64,000 nucleotides of DNA. Source: Steroidobacteraceae bacterium (GTDB taxonomy: Bacteria > Pseudomonadota > Gammaproteobacteria > Steroidobacterales > Steroidobacteraceae). Both the position numbers and the translations under genes were made by a program. The stretch covers positions 12,712 to 76,711 of the forward strand of contig DATHJZ010000076.1 of the NCBI GenBank assembly GCA_035286365.1, read 5' to 3'. Positions 9,726 through 19,233 of this stretch are shown one piece after another. How positions within the stretch are numbered: the first letter of the stretch is position 1; every line of letters starts with the position of its first letter. The notes under the pieces are model-generated. The model was given only the letters and a program-made list of their open reading frames with translations, did no database searches and was not told where the DNA came from.

Positions 9726-10545
9726 AGCGCTGGGCAGCTGGATAGATGGCGTCGAAGGCAGTTCGCTGCCCGTGGACGATCGCGGCCTGCAGTATGGCGA
9801 CGGCCTGTTCGAAACGATGTTGGTGCGCGACGGGCGAGTGCGGTTTCTGGACGACCATCTCGCGCGGCTCGATCTTGGGCGTGGGCGCCTTGGCATCCCG
9901 CTGCTGCCAGTGGATTTGCGTGCGGAGATGGGCGCGGCATTGGCCCGTGCGCCGCAATTCGCGATCCTCAAGCTCATCGTCACGCGCGGCAGCGTCGCGC
10001 GCCGCGGTTATGCGCCGCGTGGTGTCGTGACACCGCGGCGCGTGTTGACGTTGTTTGCCGCGCCACCGCTGCCCGCGACCTGGCGCAGCGGTGTCGACCT
10101 GCGCGTCGCGAGCCTGCGGCTTTCAACGCAACCTCTGCTCGCCGGCATCAAGCATCTCAACCGGCTCGAGAACGTGTTGGCGGCGGCAGAGCCAGGCCAC
10201 GATGCGGTGTTCGATTCAGTGCTGCTCGATACCCAGGGCAACGTGATTGCCGGAACGATGACCAATGTATTCATCGTGGCGGGTGGCCGCGTGGCGACTG
10301 CGCGGCCAGACCGGTGCGGTGTCGCGGGGGTGATGCGCGGCATCGTCCTGCGCGAGTGCGCAAAGCTCGGCATTCCGTGCGACCAGGGTGAAGTTTCGCT
10401 CGCGCAGCTGCACGCCGCGGACGAGGCTTTCATCACCAATGCGCGCATCGGAGTTGTGCCGGTGCGCCGCGTGGGCGAGCATTCCTTTCCCATGAACGAG
10501 ATCGCGCTGCGCCTGGCTGACCACATCGAGGCGCTCGATGCGTAA
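9718..10545 (+). CDS. pabC: Aminodeoxychorismate lyase (class IV aminotransferase fold)
   Basis: DRGLQYGDGLFETMLV motif. Start set at the ATG at 9718, which overlaps the pabB stop (ATGAGTGA). The ORF-track start at 9598 is an over-extension. Confidence 0.8.
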   Translation: MSEALGSWIDGVEGSSLPVDDRGLQYGDGLFETMLVRDGRVRFLDDHLARLDLGRGRLGIPLLPVDLRAEMGAALARAPQFAILKLIVTRGSVARRGYAPRGVVTPRRVLTLFAAPPLPATWRSGVDLRVASLRLSTQPLLAGIKHLNRLENVLAAAEPGHDAVFDSVLLDTQGNVIAGTMTNVFIVAGGRVATARPDRCGVAGVMRGIVLRECAKLGIPCDQGEVSLAQLHAADEAFITNARIGVVPVRRVGEHSFPMNEIALRLADHIEALDA

Positions 10546-11557
10546 GCTCTTCTGGTCACTGGTCGTGATCGTGCTGGTGGCCGTCGCCGCCGTGGCTATC
10601 TACTGGCAGCACGCGAATGCGGTCATGCGCGCCGCAGGTCCGCACGGGCAGCCGGTGGAACTGAACGTCAAATCCGGCGCGACGGTACGCGCCGTGCTCG
10701 CCGAGCTCGAAGCGCGCGGCGCGCTCGCCGACCGGCGCGCCGTGGAACTCGTGCTGCGCGTGCGCGGTTCGCCGCAGATCAAGACGGGACACTACGAAAT
10801 TCCCGCGGCCGCGACTCCGCAGGAAATCCTGCGCCAGCTCGAAGAAGGGCGCGTGGTGCTCGAAGCGCTAACCATCGTCGAAGGGTGGACCTTTGCCGAC
10901 ATGCGCAAGGTGGTTGAAGCGCATCCCCACATCAGGATCACATTGCGCGGCAAGGACATTGCCGAACTCATGACGGCCATCGGCCACACCGGCGAACATC
11001 CCGAGGGGCGCTTCTTCCCTGACACGTATCGTTTCGCGGCCGGCACCACCGATCGGGAGTTGTTCTCGCTCGCGTATCGCAAGATGGCCGAGACCGTGGA
11101 CGCCGCCTGGGCGGCGCGCGCCGCGGCACTGCCGCTGGCGAACGCCTACGAGGCGCTCACGCTCGCATCCATCGTCGAAAAGGAAACCGGGCTTGCCAGC
11201 GAGCGCGCGCGCATCGCCGGCGTGTTCATCACGCGGCTGCGCCGGAACATGCGGCTGCAGACCGATCCCACGGTTATCTACGGACTCGGTTCCGGTTACG
11301 ACGGCAACATCCGCGAACGCGATCTGCGCACCGACACGCCGTACAACACCTACACGCGCGCCGGCTTGCCGCCGACTCCCATCGCGCTGCCATCGCGCGA
11401 GGCGATCGATGCGGTGACTCGACCAGTCGAGACCGACGATATTTTCTTCGTCGCGACCGGGAACGGCGACGGCTCGCATGTATTCTCATCCACACTCGAA
11501 GCGCACAACGCCGCGGTTGCGCGTTACCTCGCCAAACTCAGGAATCAACGTCGATGA
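10538..11557 (+). CDS. mltG: Endolytic murein transglycosylase MltG (YceG family)
   Basis: N-terminal TM segment, then ASIVEKETGLASERARIAGVFITRLRRNMRLQTDPTVIYG and NTYTRAGLPPTPIALP motifs. Confidence 0.9.
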   Translation: MRKLFWSLVVIVLVAVAAVAIYWQHANAVMRAAGPHGQPVELNVKSGATVRAVLAELEARGALADRRAVELVLRVRGSPQIKTGHYEIPAAATPQEILRQLEEGRVVLEALTIVEGWTFADMRKVVEAHPHIRITLRGKDIAELMTAIGHTGEHPEGRFFPDTYRFAAGTTDRELFSLAYRKMAETVDAAWAARAAALPLANAYEALTLASIVEKETGLASERARIAGVFITRLRRNMRLQTDPTVIYGLGSGYDGNIRERDLRTDTPYNTYTRAGLPPTPIALPSREAIDAVTRPVETDDIFFVATGNGDGSHVFSSTLEAHNAAVARYLAKLRNQRR

Positions 11558-12201
11558 TGCCCGCCCGATTCATCACCCTCGAAGGTATCGAGGGCGCCGG
11601 TAAGACCACCGTGGCCGACCGGCTCACGCAGTCGCTGCGCGGCCGCGGCATCACCATCCACGCGACCCGCGAGCCTGGTGGTACCAAGGTCGCCGAGCGC
11701 ATCCGTGCACTGGTGCTCGATCGCGGCGACGAGCACATCAGTTCAACCGCCGAGACGCTGCTCATGTTCGGCGCACGGCAGGTGCACATCGACAACCTGA
11801 TCCGGCCGGCGCTGACGCGCGGCGAGTGGGTGTTGTGCGATCGCTTCACCGACGCGACGCATGCCTACCAGGGCGGTGGCCGCGGCGTCGACCGCAAGCT
11901 CATCGATCAGCTCGCGAACACGGTACACGGCGATCTCACGCCGGATTGCACCATCCTGCTGGACGTGCCCGTGCGCGTCGGGCTCGAGCGCATGCAGGCG
12001 AGGCGCGGTGCCATGGATCGCTTTGAAATCGAATCCGCGCAGTTCTTCGATCGGGTGCGTAACCGCTATCTCGAGATCGCGCGCGCAGCTCCTGAGCGGT
12101 TCTGCGTCATCGATGCCTCGGCGCGGCTCGACCAGGTCAGCGCTGCCGCGCTCAGCGCCGTCGAAGAGAAACTCGGGCTCCAGCCGGTGGCGCCCACGTG
12201 A
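11554..12201 (+). CDS. tmk: Thymidylate kinase
   Basis: FITLEGIEGAGKTT P-loop and DRFTDATHAYQGGGRG motif. ATGA overlap with mltG. Confidence 0.93.
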   Translation: MMPARFITLEGIEGAGKTTVADRLTQSLRGRGITIHATREPGGTKVAERIRALVLDRGDEHISSTAETLLMFGARQVHIDNLIRPALTRGEWVLCDRFTDATHAYQGGGRGVDRKLIDQLANTVHGDLTPDCTILLDVPVRVGLERMQARRGAMDRFEIESAQFFDRVRNRYLEIARAAPERFCVIDASARLDQVSAAALSAVEEKLGLQPVAPT

Positions 12202-13145
12202 GCGCAGGCGTGTTGCCGTCCTGGTTCGACGGCGCTCGTGCTGATGTAAAAGCTGCAATCGCAGGCTCCCGTCTCGCGCACGGACTCCTGATCCACGAAG
12301 ATCCGGGCGCCGGGGGGCTCATGTTGGCGCGCTGGATCACGCAGGTCGTCACTTGCCGCGAAGCGGCGCGCGCGCCCTGCGGCGAATGCCAGGACTGCCG
12401 TTGGGTCGCCGCCGACCAGCACCCCGACGTCACCCGGCTCTCGCCCGAGGGCGATTCCACGCAGATCCTCATCCAGTCGGTGCGCGATCTGTCTGCCGAG
12501 CTCGCACTGACCGCACACGGGCGCGGCTACAAGGTCGCCATCATCGCGCCCGCGGAGGCGATGAATCATTTCGCTGCCAACGCTCTGCTCAAGACGCTGG
12601 AAGAGCCGCCGGCACGCACGCTGCTGCTGCTGGTCACGAGCCAGCCCTCGCGCCTGCTTCCCACGCTGCGCAGCCGCTGTTCGCGCCTGCGTCTGGTCGG
12701 GCCGTCGCGCGAGGCGGCGGCTGCCTATCTTGAAGCGGCACGCGGTGCGGGCCCGTGGGCCGAAGCCCTGACCGCGACCGGTGCAGGACCGTTCGCCTTG
12801 CTAGAGGCTGATCCTGCAGCCATCGCGCAGCTCCATCGCGACACGCTGGCGACGTTGCGGGACATCGGCAGCGGCAATCTTCAGCCGCCCGCGGTCGCGG
12901 AACGGTGGGCAAAAGGTGAGCTTCCGATTCGCCTCGCGTGCCTTGAGAGCTGGGTCACAGAACGCATCCTCGAATCCGGGTCAATTCGCGACGTAACGCA
13001 CTTGTCAGGGCAGGGAATGCCCCCGAATATATGTCGCCTATTCGAGCTCTCGGACGCCGTTCGCGACATGCGCAAGCTTTCCCACACTTCGATCAACAAG
13101 ACCATGGCGGTCGAAGCCCTGCTATGGCAGTGGGCGCGTCAGTGA
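12198..13145 (+). CDS. holB: DNA polymerase III delta-prime subunit
   Basis: CGECQDCRWVAADQHPDV zinc module, ANALLKTLEEPP and LRSRC motifs. GTGA overlap with tmk. Confidence 0.9.
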   Translation: MSAGVLPSWFDGARADVKAAIAGSRLAHGLLIHEDPGAGGLMLARWITQVVTCREAARAPCGECQDCRWVAADQHPDVTRLSPEGDSTQILIQSVRDLSAELALTAHGRGYKVAIIAPAEAMNHFAANALLKTLEEPPARTLLLLVTSQPSRLLPTLRSRCSRLRLVGPSREAAAAYLEAARGAGPWAEALTATGAGPFALLEADPAAIAQLHRDTLATLRDIGSGNLQPPAVAERWAKGELPIRLACLESWVTERILESGSIRDVTHLSGQGMPPNICRLFELSDAVRDMRKLSHTSINKTMAVEALLWQWARQ

Positions 13146-13158
13146 GCGAATCCTTCTT

Positions 13159-13524
13159 ATGAGTGAAAGAACAGGTCGAACCGGAGCCAACAAACCGGGA
13201 TTGCTGACGCTCACCATCAAGGACAAGAGCGCGCTGTACCTCGCCTACATGCCGTTCGTGAAGAACGGCGGGCTGTTCATCCCCACCAACAGCAACTACC
13301 GCCTCGGAGACGAGGTGTTCATGCTGCTGAATCTCATGGGTGAAGACGAGAAGCTTCCGGTAGCCGGCCGCGTCATCTGGCTCACGCCGAAGGGCGCGCA
13401 GGGCAAGCGCACCGCCGGCATCGGCGTGCAGTTCTCCGACCAGGATCGCGGCCAGACGCAGAAGAAGATAGAGACCTATCTAGCCGGCGCACTGGCCGGC
13501 GACAAAGCCACGCACACGATGTGA
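13159..13524 (+). CDS. pilZ: Type IV pilus assembly protein PilZ
   Basis: LTLTIKDKSALYLAYMPFVKNGGLFIPTN...VAGRVIWLTPKGAQGKRTAGIGVQF. Sits in the canonical position after holB. Confidence 0.88.
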   Translation: MSERTGRTGANKPGLLTLTIKDKSALYLAYMPFVKNGGLFIPTNSNYRLGDEVFMLLNLMGEDEKLPVAGRVIWLTPKGAQGKRTAGIGVQFSDQDRGQTQKKIETYLAGALAGDKATHTM

Positions 13525-13539
13525 GTTAGACTCCGGCGC

Positions 13540-14232
13540 ATGCGATCGCCGCGCTGGATTTTCCCGCTGATGCTCACCGTCCCGATGATCGACGCGTCAC
13601 AAGCGTGCTCGATGATCCGCCGGCAACCGGGCACCCCCTATGACGCCCCTTATGCACTGGTCGAGGTGCGTGTCGTCGAAGCCCATGACGTCGACGTATA
13701 TGTTCGGCCAACCCGGGCGATGCCTGGGCAGACGGCGACGGTGGAGATCGTCCGTTCGTTTCACGGCCCTTACCGCGCAGGGCAGCGGCTCGCGGCGACG
13801 ACTGCAAACTACTCGGCCGGCATGTGTGGCGGCGGGCCCTTTCCCGTTGGCACTCGCCTGGAGTGGTGGATCAGTTCGCCCGATGACCTCAAACTCAGCG
13901 GACCGCTGTACGACGACGACCCGCCCAAAAGCGTGTTTGCGCAGCTGGCATTGGTCGAAGGCGCGCGGCAGCCCGCTCGAAACAAGCGACTGCACGGGGC
14001 GTGGCTGCGCGGGACGATCGACGAGGCCCTTGCCGCCGAACTGTTCAACCGCGCCAAGGTTCCCGAAGGCGAAGAGTGCGAGATCGTCGCGGTGAAAGGG
14101 TTTGTTCAGGTGGCATGCGGCCAGGCGTTCGAAGGCAATGATGCCCGTTACAAAGTGATCTTCGAACGCGTCGAAAAAAACTGGATCGAAGTGCTGCGCT
14201 ACGACGCGCTCTCGCCGCCGGGGGATCGTTGA
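13540..14232 (+). CDS. Hypothetical exported protein or lipoprotein
   Basis: 230-aa ORF with a hydrophobic N-terminus ending ...ASQAC, and coding-like composition. No family recognised. Confidence 0.5.
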   Translation: MRSPRWIFPLMLTVPMIDASQACSMIRRQPGTPYDAPYALVEVRVVEAHDVDVYVRPTRAMPGQTATVEIVRSFHGPYRAGQRLAATTANYSAGMCGGGPFPVGTRLEWWISSPDDLKLSGPLYDDDPPKSVFAQLALVEGARQPARNKRLHGAWLRGTIDEALAAELFNRAKVPEGEECEIVAVKGFVQVACGQAFEGNDARYKVIFERVEKNWIEVLRYDALSPPGDR

Positions 14233-15306
14233 TCAGCCTGGCCGGCGCATCGGCAGGGAAGAGGTGGTCATCCCACCCTTCAGCACATACGCGTCGAAGC
14301 CACGTTCGGAAAGGATGAACGCCGCGGCCGATGAACGCCGGCCGGTATCGCACACCACCACATACGGCGTCTTGCGATCGAGAGCGTTCAATTTCAAACG
14401 CACGAAGTACAGCGGTATGTTGATCGAACCTTCGATGGCGAGGTTCTGATACTCGGACGGCAAACGCACATCGAGCCACGCGCCGTGGTTCTGGACGATC
14501 TTGAGCGCCTCTTGCTCGTCGACCCAGCGCAACAGCGGCTCGTGCATGAGGTCGCGGAAATCCTGCTTGTTGAGCTGCATCAACACGCCGTCGGACAACA
14601 TGGTCACGGTGGCGTTGCGCTTGGCCTCGGCGATCAGCGCTTCTTCCCCAAAGGTCTCGCCCACGCCGAGCTCGGCAAGCTTGATGCCTTTCTGATTGAG
14701 GGGGGATTCGCGCGTGACCAGGCAGCGGCCCTGCACGATCGCGTAGAAGAAATCGCCTTCGTCGCCTTGCTTGATGACGACCTCGCCGGCGCGATATTGC
14801 TGGCGGTTCATGCGCATGAAGATGGCCTGCAGGTTCGCGGGCGGAATGCGATGGAATGCCTTGGTCTGCAACAGCGTGGTCATCCAGTCGCTGTCTTCGT
14901 TGTTGCCGCCGAACTGCGCATGCAGTTCGCCGACTTCATAGTTGCCGGTTTGATCCCAGGTGATCATCACGTCGAGGAGGTCGGCGTCGATGGCCAGGTA
15001 ATCGACGTCTTCGACGGCGCGTGCCGTGACCTTGCGCGGGACACTTTGATTGAGCGGTGCACGCGCGTCGGCACTGCCGCCTTCGATCATGGCGACGGTA
15101 CGGCCGCGCTCGCTGATTTCCACCAGCCCCTTGATGATCCAGATGGTGCGCTTGTCGGAGTCGCCCTCCTTGAACAGCACCCGGCCGGCGGTCAGTTGCT
15201 TGACCGTCACCTTCTTTGCCAGCGCATGCAGATTTTCCCGCTTCATTCCTTCGAGCGGGGTCAGGGAGCGCAGCAGTTCTACGCTGACTTCACGAGAATC
15301 GGACAT
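14233..15306 (-). CDS. Protein with two cyclic-nucleotide-binding domains and a C-terminal rhodanese domain
   Basis: Two CAP_ED-like segments (AGRVLFKEGDSDKRTIWIIKGLVEI and AGEVVIKQGDEGDFFYAIVQGRCLV...GETFGEEALI...RNATV). The rhodanese-like end is LDVRLPSEYQNLAIEGSINIP...VVVCDTGRRSSAAAFIL. Confidence 0.8.
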   Translation of the reverse strand: MSDSREVSVELLRSLTPLEGMKRENLHALAKKVTVKQLTAGRVLFKEGDSDKRTIWIIKGLVEISERGRTVAMIEGGSADARAPLNQSVPRKVTARAVEDVDYLAIDADLLDVMITWDQTGNYEVGELHAQFGGNNEDSDWMTTLLQTKAFHRIPPANLQAIFMRMNRQQYRAGEVVIKQGDEGDFFYAIVQGRCLVTRESPLNQKGIKLAELGVGETFGEEALIAEAKRNATVTMLSDGVLMQLNKQDFRDLMHEPLLRWVDEQEALKIVQNHGAWLDVRLPSEYQNLAIEGSINIPLYFVRLKLNALDRKTPYVVVCDTGRRSSAAAFILSERGFDAYVLKGGMTTSSLPMRRPG

Positions 15307-15336
15307 TCGGAAATGCTAGCACGCCAACGCGGCCTC

Positions 15337-17379
15337 TCAGGCGCGGGTCTGCAAGGAAGACCATCCTTTGTCGGGAGCGAAGCGCGCCCCATAGCGGCTC
15401 TGAAGTTCCGTCAAGCGGGCAACCACCGCGTCTACGCCGCGCGTACGCGCATAGGTGAGCGGGCCACCGCGAAAAGGAGCGAAACCGGCACCGAAAATCA
15501 CGCCCGCGTCGACCAGATCCGCATCGGCGACGATTCCCTCACGAAGCACGGCAGCACATTCGTTGGCCAACGCGAGAATGAGCCGATCTTCGAGATCGGG
15601 CGGCGGCTCGGCGACAGGCCCTGTGGACTTGACCGCTTTGCCATCGCGCCACACGTAAAAACCTTCCCCGCTCTTGCGTCCGACCTTCTTGGCCGCGATC
15701 AACGCATCGATCCGTGCAGTGTCGGGCTTCTGCCTATTGAGCGCTGCTGACACGATGTCACCGACGTGTTTGCAGACATCCAGGCCCACCACGTCGGCGA
15801 GCTCCACCGGACCCATCGGCATGCCGAAGCGCAGCGCCGCCTCGTCGATGGTCTCGATGGCGATCCCGTCCTGCAACGCGAACATGGCTTCGTAGAGATA
15901 CGGCACCAGCACGCGATTGACGAGAAAACCCGGCGAGCTCTTGCAGGGCAGCGGCAGCTTGTCGATCCTGCGTGTGAAGGCGATGGCCTTCTGAATGGAT
16001 TCTTCGCTGCTGTGCTCGCCGCGCACGATCTCCACCAGCGGCAGCTGCGAGACCGGATTGAAGAAGTGCACCCCGACCAGCCGGCCGGGATCCGGCAATC
16101 TGTCGTCGAGTTGCTCGAGCATGATCGAGGAAGTGTTGGACGCGAGAATCGCACTCGTTTTCATGCGCGGCTCGACGCGCGCGAACAGTTCGTGCTTGGC
16201 GTCGGCATTTTCGAAGATGGCCTCGATGATCACGTCGGCGCCGGGCACACCGTCGCCGGCGACATCCGCCGTCATGCGCGTCATCAATTCGGCCGCCTTG
16301 CCTCGGTCCTTGAGACGCTTCTCGAAGCCTTCCCGGGCGCGCTTCATGGCGGGCTCGATGAATTTCATCTCGCGATCCTGCAGCGTCACGTTCAGGCCGC
16401 GCTGCACGCACCAGGCGGCGATGTCGCCGCCCATGACGCCGGCGCCGACGACGTGTACGCGCTGCATCGGCACCGTGGTCTTGCCGCCGAGCGCCTTCAT
16501 TCGTTCCTGCAGGAAGAACACGCGCACCAGGTTGCGCGAGGTTTCTCCGACCATGAGATCGGCGATCGAGCGTGCCTCGGCTTCGTACGCCGCCGCGCCG
16601 CGTGCCCCGTGGCGCGACCACAGATCGATGATGGCGTAGGGGGCCGGATAGTGTTCCGGACGCGCCTTGGCGCGCACCTGCGCGATGAGTTGTTTGCGGA
16701 CCAGCGAGCGCACCAGCGGCCAGGACAAAACGCGATCCATGAGGCGCGGTTGCCGCTGCTTCGGCTGGCGATCGATCAACTCGCGCGCCACGGCGCAGGC
16801 GTCCGCCGGAAACACCAGCCGATCGACGAAGCCCGCGCGCAGCGCCTTGTCGGCGCGCAGGGTCTTGCCGGTGAGCATCATTTCCATCGCGGTACGCACG
16901 CCGGCGCGGCGCACGACACGCACCGTGCCGCCGAATCCCGGGTGAATGCCCAACATCACTTCGGGCAGTCCGATCGAGAACTTGTCGTTCTTGATGCCGA
17001 CGCGATACCGGCACGCCAGGGCGAGCTCGAGTCCGCCGCCGAGCGCGAAGCCGTTGATGATCGCAACGGTAGGGCACGGCAGCGCTTCCAGGCGCGCAAG
17101 GATGCGATGCGCGTCCTGCACCATTTCGAATGCCTGGGCAGCGCTCGTGAGTTGGGTGAATTCCTTGACGTCGGCGCCGGCGATGAAGCCCGCCGGCTTG
17201 CCGGAACGAATGACCAGACCGCGCGGCGGCGACTGCGTCAATGCATCGAGGTGGCCATCCAGCTCGACCAACACGTCGCGCGACAGCACGTTGGCCGAGG
17301 CGTCGGGTTTATCGAGCGTCAGCCACGCGATGCCCGCGGCATCTGTCTCGAACGCCCAGGCCGCAGCGGAGATTGTCAT
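15337..17379 (-). CDS. Multifunctional fatty-acid oxidation alpha subunit (enoyl-CoA hydratase / 3-hydroxyacyl-CoA dehydrogenase, FadB/FadJ type)
   Basis: Crotonase segment (IAWLTLDKP...FIAGADVKEF...[16 protein letters not shown]) followed by an HCDH Rossmann segment (VHVVGAGVMGGDIA). Start set at MTISAAAW (ATG at 17377-17379). Confidence 0.88.
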   Translation of the reverse strand: MTISAAAWAFETDAAGIAWLTLDKPDASANVLSRDVLVELDGHLDALTQSPPRGLVIRSGKPAGFIAGADVKEFTQLTSAAQAFEMVQDAHRILARLEALPCPTVAIINGFALGGGLELALACRYRVGIKNDKFSIGLPEVMLGIHPGFGGTVRVVRRAGVRTAMEMMLTGKTLRADKALRAGFVDRLVFPADACAVARELIDRQPKQRQPRLMDRVLSWPLVRSLVRKQLIAQVRAKARPEHYPAPYAIIDLWSRHGARGAAAYEAEARSIADLMVGETSRNLVRVFFLQERMKALGGKTTVPMQRVHVVGAGVMGGDIAAWCVQRGLNVTLQDREMKFIEPAMKRAREGFEKRLKDRGKAAELMTRMTADVAGDGVPGADVIIEAIFENADAKHELFARVEPRMKTSAILASNTSSIMLEQLDDRLPDPGRLVGVHFFNPVSQLPLVEIVRGEHSSEESIQKAIAFTRRIDKLPLPCKSSPGFLVNRVLVPYLYEAMFALQDGIAIETIDEAALRFGMPMGPVELADVVGLDVCKHVGDIVSAALNRQKPDTARIDALIAAKKVGRKSGEGFYVWRDGKAVKSTGPVAEPPPDLEDRLILALANECAAVLREGIVADADLVDAGVIFGAGFAPFRGGPLTYARTRGVDAVVARLTELQSRYGARFAPDKGWSSLQTRA

Positions 17380-17389
17380 CGGCAGAATG

Positions 17390-18184
17390 TCAGGCGACCG
17401 CGGGTTGCGATGCGACGGCACGCCGTACGGTGAAGTCGCACATGATCGGCCGATGATCCGACCAGCGTACATCCGGCACTTCGAAATGCGAGACGTCGAT
17501 TTCCTTGCTCACGAGCACGAAATCGAGCTCGATGCGCGGGATGCGCGCCGGGAACGACGGCAGGTTCGTTTCATTGGCGCTGCGCAGGCCGGCAGCGCGC
17601 ATGAACAGGTAGATCTCGTGCGTGCCCCAGAAGGTATTGAAGTCGCCCGTGACGATCACGGGCTTGTGCGACTTGATGATCAGATCGTGCAAATAGCGCA
17701 GCTGGTACTGGCGCTGGCGATACTTGAGCGCGAGATGCACGAGGAAAATGCAAACGTCGTCCAGCTCGAGTTCGATGATGAGCCGCTTGATGCCCGTGTC
17801 GAAGTAGTGGAAACGCTCGCCCTCGACGCGCGGCGCGGCCAGGAACGCATTGCCCTGCTTGCGCACGATGGGCATGAGGTTGTTGATCGAGCTCTTGCCG
17901 TACTTGCACTCGTAAGTGGTGTAGTGGCCCAGCGATTCGGCGATGTGTTCGGCCTGGTTCAGCATGCCGCTGCGCACCGAGCCCAGGTCGACCTCAATGA
18001 GGCCGACGATGTCCGGATCCTGACCCTTCACGAAGCTGGTGATCCCGTCGAGGACCCGGCGATTCGAGCGTAGATAGCCTGCGCCCGGGAATGGCAGGTG
18101 GAATGCCGGCCCAGTGCCTGTGGCGTAGCGGATGTTGTAGACGAGGAGGCGCAAGCGGAGTGATGCTAACGTTGCGACGCACAA
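17390..18184 (-). CDS. Endonuclease/exonuclease/phosphatase (EEP) family protein
   Basis: LRLLVYNIRYATG, DIVGLIEVD, VIVTGDFN and SDHRPIMCDF motifs, typical of the EEP fold. Confidence 0.75.
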   Translation of the reverse strand: MCVATLASLRLRLLVYNIRYATGTGPAFHLPFPGAGYLRSNRRVLDGITSFVKGQDPDIVGLIEVDLGSVRSGMLNQAEHIAESLGHYTTYECKYGKSSINNLMPIVRKQGNAFLAAPRVEGERFHYFDTGIKRLIIELELDDVCIFLVHLALKYRQRQYQLRYLHDLIIKSHKPVIVTGDFNTFWGTHEIYLFMRAAGLRSANETNLPSFPARIPRIELDFVLVSKEIDVSHFEVPDVRWSDHRPIMCDFTVRRAVASQPAVA

Positions 18185-18250
18185 AAGGGGAGTGGGGCGC
18201 GCAACTTCAGCGGGTAAACTACACTCATCGTAGAGGCTGGATCGGTCTAC

Positions 18251-18703
18251 ATGTCACAAAACAATCCAATTAGATTGTTCATCACGCATGCGTGGGAAGC
18301 TTCCGACGAGTACCTGCGTATCTTCGAGTATCTCGAAAGCGCGCGGAACTTCTTCTACAAGAACCTGTCGGCGCCCGAGCTGGCGCCCAAGGGCGGCAAG
18401 GAAGCGGATCGCGAAGAGCTGCGGCGGCAGATGGCCCAGGCTGAATGTGTCATCGCGTTTCCGAGCCTGTACCGCACGCACACCGACTTGCTGATGTTCG
18501 AGCTCGCCTTTGCCAAGGCGTCGGACAAACCGGTGATCCTGATGCGGGCGTTCGGCGCCAACGAGGTGATCCCGAAGGAAGTCACCTCGTTGTCGGATCA
18601 AATCGTGGATTGGGACGGGCGCGCGCTGGTGGACGCTGTCAAGGCGCAGGCACGCCACGAAGAATCCAATCGCTGGGACACCATCGAGTTCAAACTCGAT
18701 TAG
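18251..18703 (+). CDS. Hypothetical protein, possible TIR-like (DUF1863/MTH538-type) domain
   Basis: 150 aa. RLFITHAWEASDEY ... ECVIAFPSLYRTHTDLLMFELAFAKASDKPVILMRAF follows the vFISys..d / vvivliS....S.W...Ei..A...gkPii pattern of TIR-like domains. The assignment is by eye only. Confidence 0.4.
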   Translation: MSQNNPIRLFITHAWEASDEYLRIFEYLESARNFFYKNLSAPELAPKGGKEADREELRRQMAQAECVIAFPSLYRTHTDLLMFELAFAKASDKPVILMRAFGANEVIPKEVTSLSDQIVDWDGRALVDAVKAQARHEESNRWDTIEFKLD

Positions 18704-18708
18704 TTAGA

Positions 18709-19074
18709 TCAACCTTCCGCCGCGAATAACTGCACCACGGCGGCGCCGTTGTTCTGCAACGGCAGCGGCAATTCCAGTTCCTGCTGACGCGTTACGCGGC
18801 AGAACATGCGCACGATGACGCCGGCGTGCCGCTCGGCTTCCTCGTTCGACATTTTGCGGATCGTCGCGCGCACGGCATCTTCGCCGCGCAGCGGACGCTC
18901 GCGCTGGATCTGCGCGGTGAGTTCGAGAAACTTGAGTCGCGCCTCGCGCGGAATATCGTCCGCATCGATGTTGGCGAGGCATTGACGCCATGCGCCTTCG
19001 AGACGGTCCTTGATGGCGCCGCTTCGTGTGAGCAGCAGCGTGGCTGATTCGAGTCGATCGTAAACACGCGACAT
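18709..19074 (-). CDS. Hypothetical small helical protein
   Basis: 121-aa ORF convergent with the TIR-like gene (5-bp gap). No family recognised. Confidence 0.45.
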   Translation of the reverse strand: MSRVYDRLESATLLLTRSGAIKDRLEGAWRQCLANIDADDIPREARLKFLELTAQIQRERPLRGEDAVRATIRKMSNEEAERHAGVIVRMFCRVTRQQELELPLPLQNNGAAVVQLFAAEG

Positions 19075-19233
19075 GAGCTGGTTCGTTATCGCCGGAGCGC
19101 GGGCGTTTCCCTATCTGCACCGCAAACCTGACGTAACGCCTTAGTTGTAGTTGTAGCGGAGACCCTGATCCGTCAATGGTGTACGGCGCAAATATAGCGC
19201 GACACCTTGCAAATGCAACGGGGAAATTGCGGG

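Noticed and set aside
13527-13534. The shared 8-mer TAGACTCC about 10 nt upstream of two ATG starts (here and at 24698-24705).
   Set aside because: There are only two occurrences. It is not complementary to the anti-Shine-Dalgarno sequence on the relevant strand, and the second copy overlaps the CCTAACAA word. This is insufficient to call a motif.
15766-17433. A 555-aa plus-strand ORF, with several other long ORFs in the same span.
   Set aside because: It is antisense to the FadB/FadJ-type gene. It has Arg/Ala/Gly/His-rich low-information composition, typical of GC-rich shadow frames, and no recognisable motifs. The minus-strand gene has clear crotonase and HCDH motifs.
19141-19158. A tandem GTTGTA GTTGTA in the intergenic region after the 121-aa gene.
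   Set aside because: There are only two copies of a 6-mer, with no flanking structure or recurrence elsewhere in the window.
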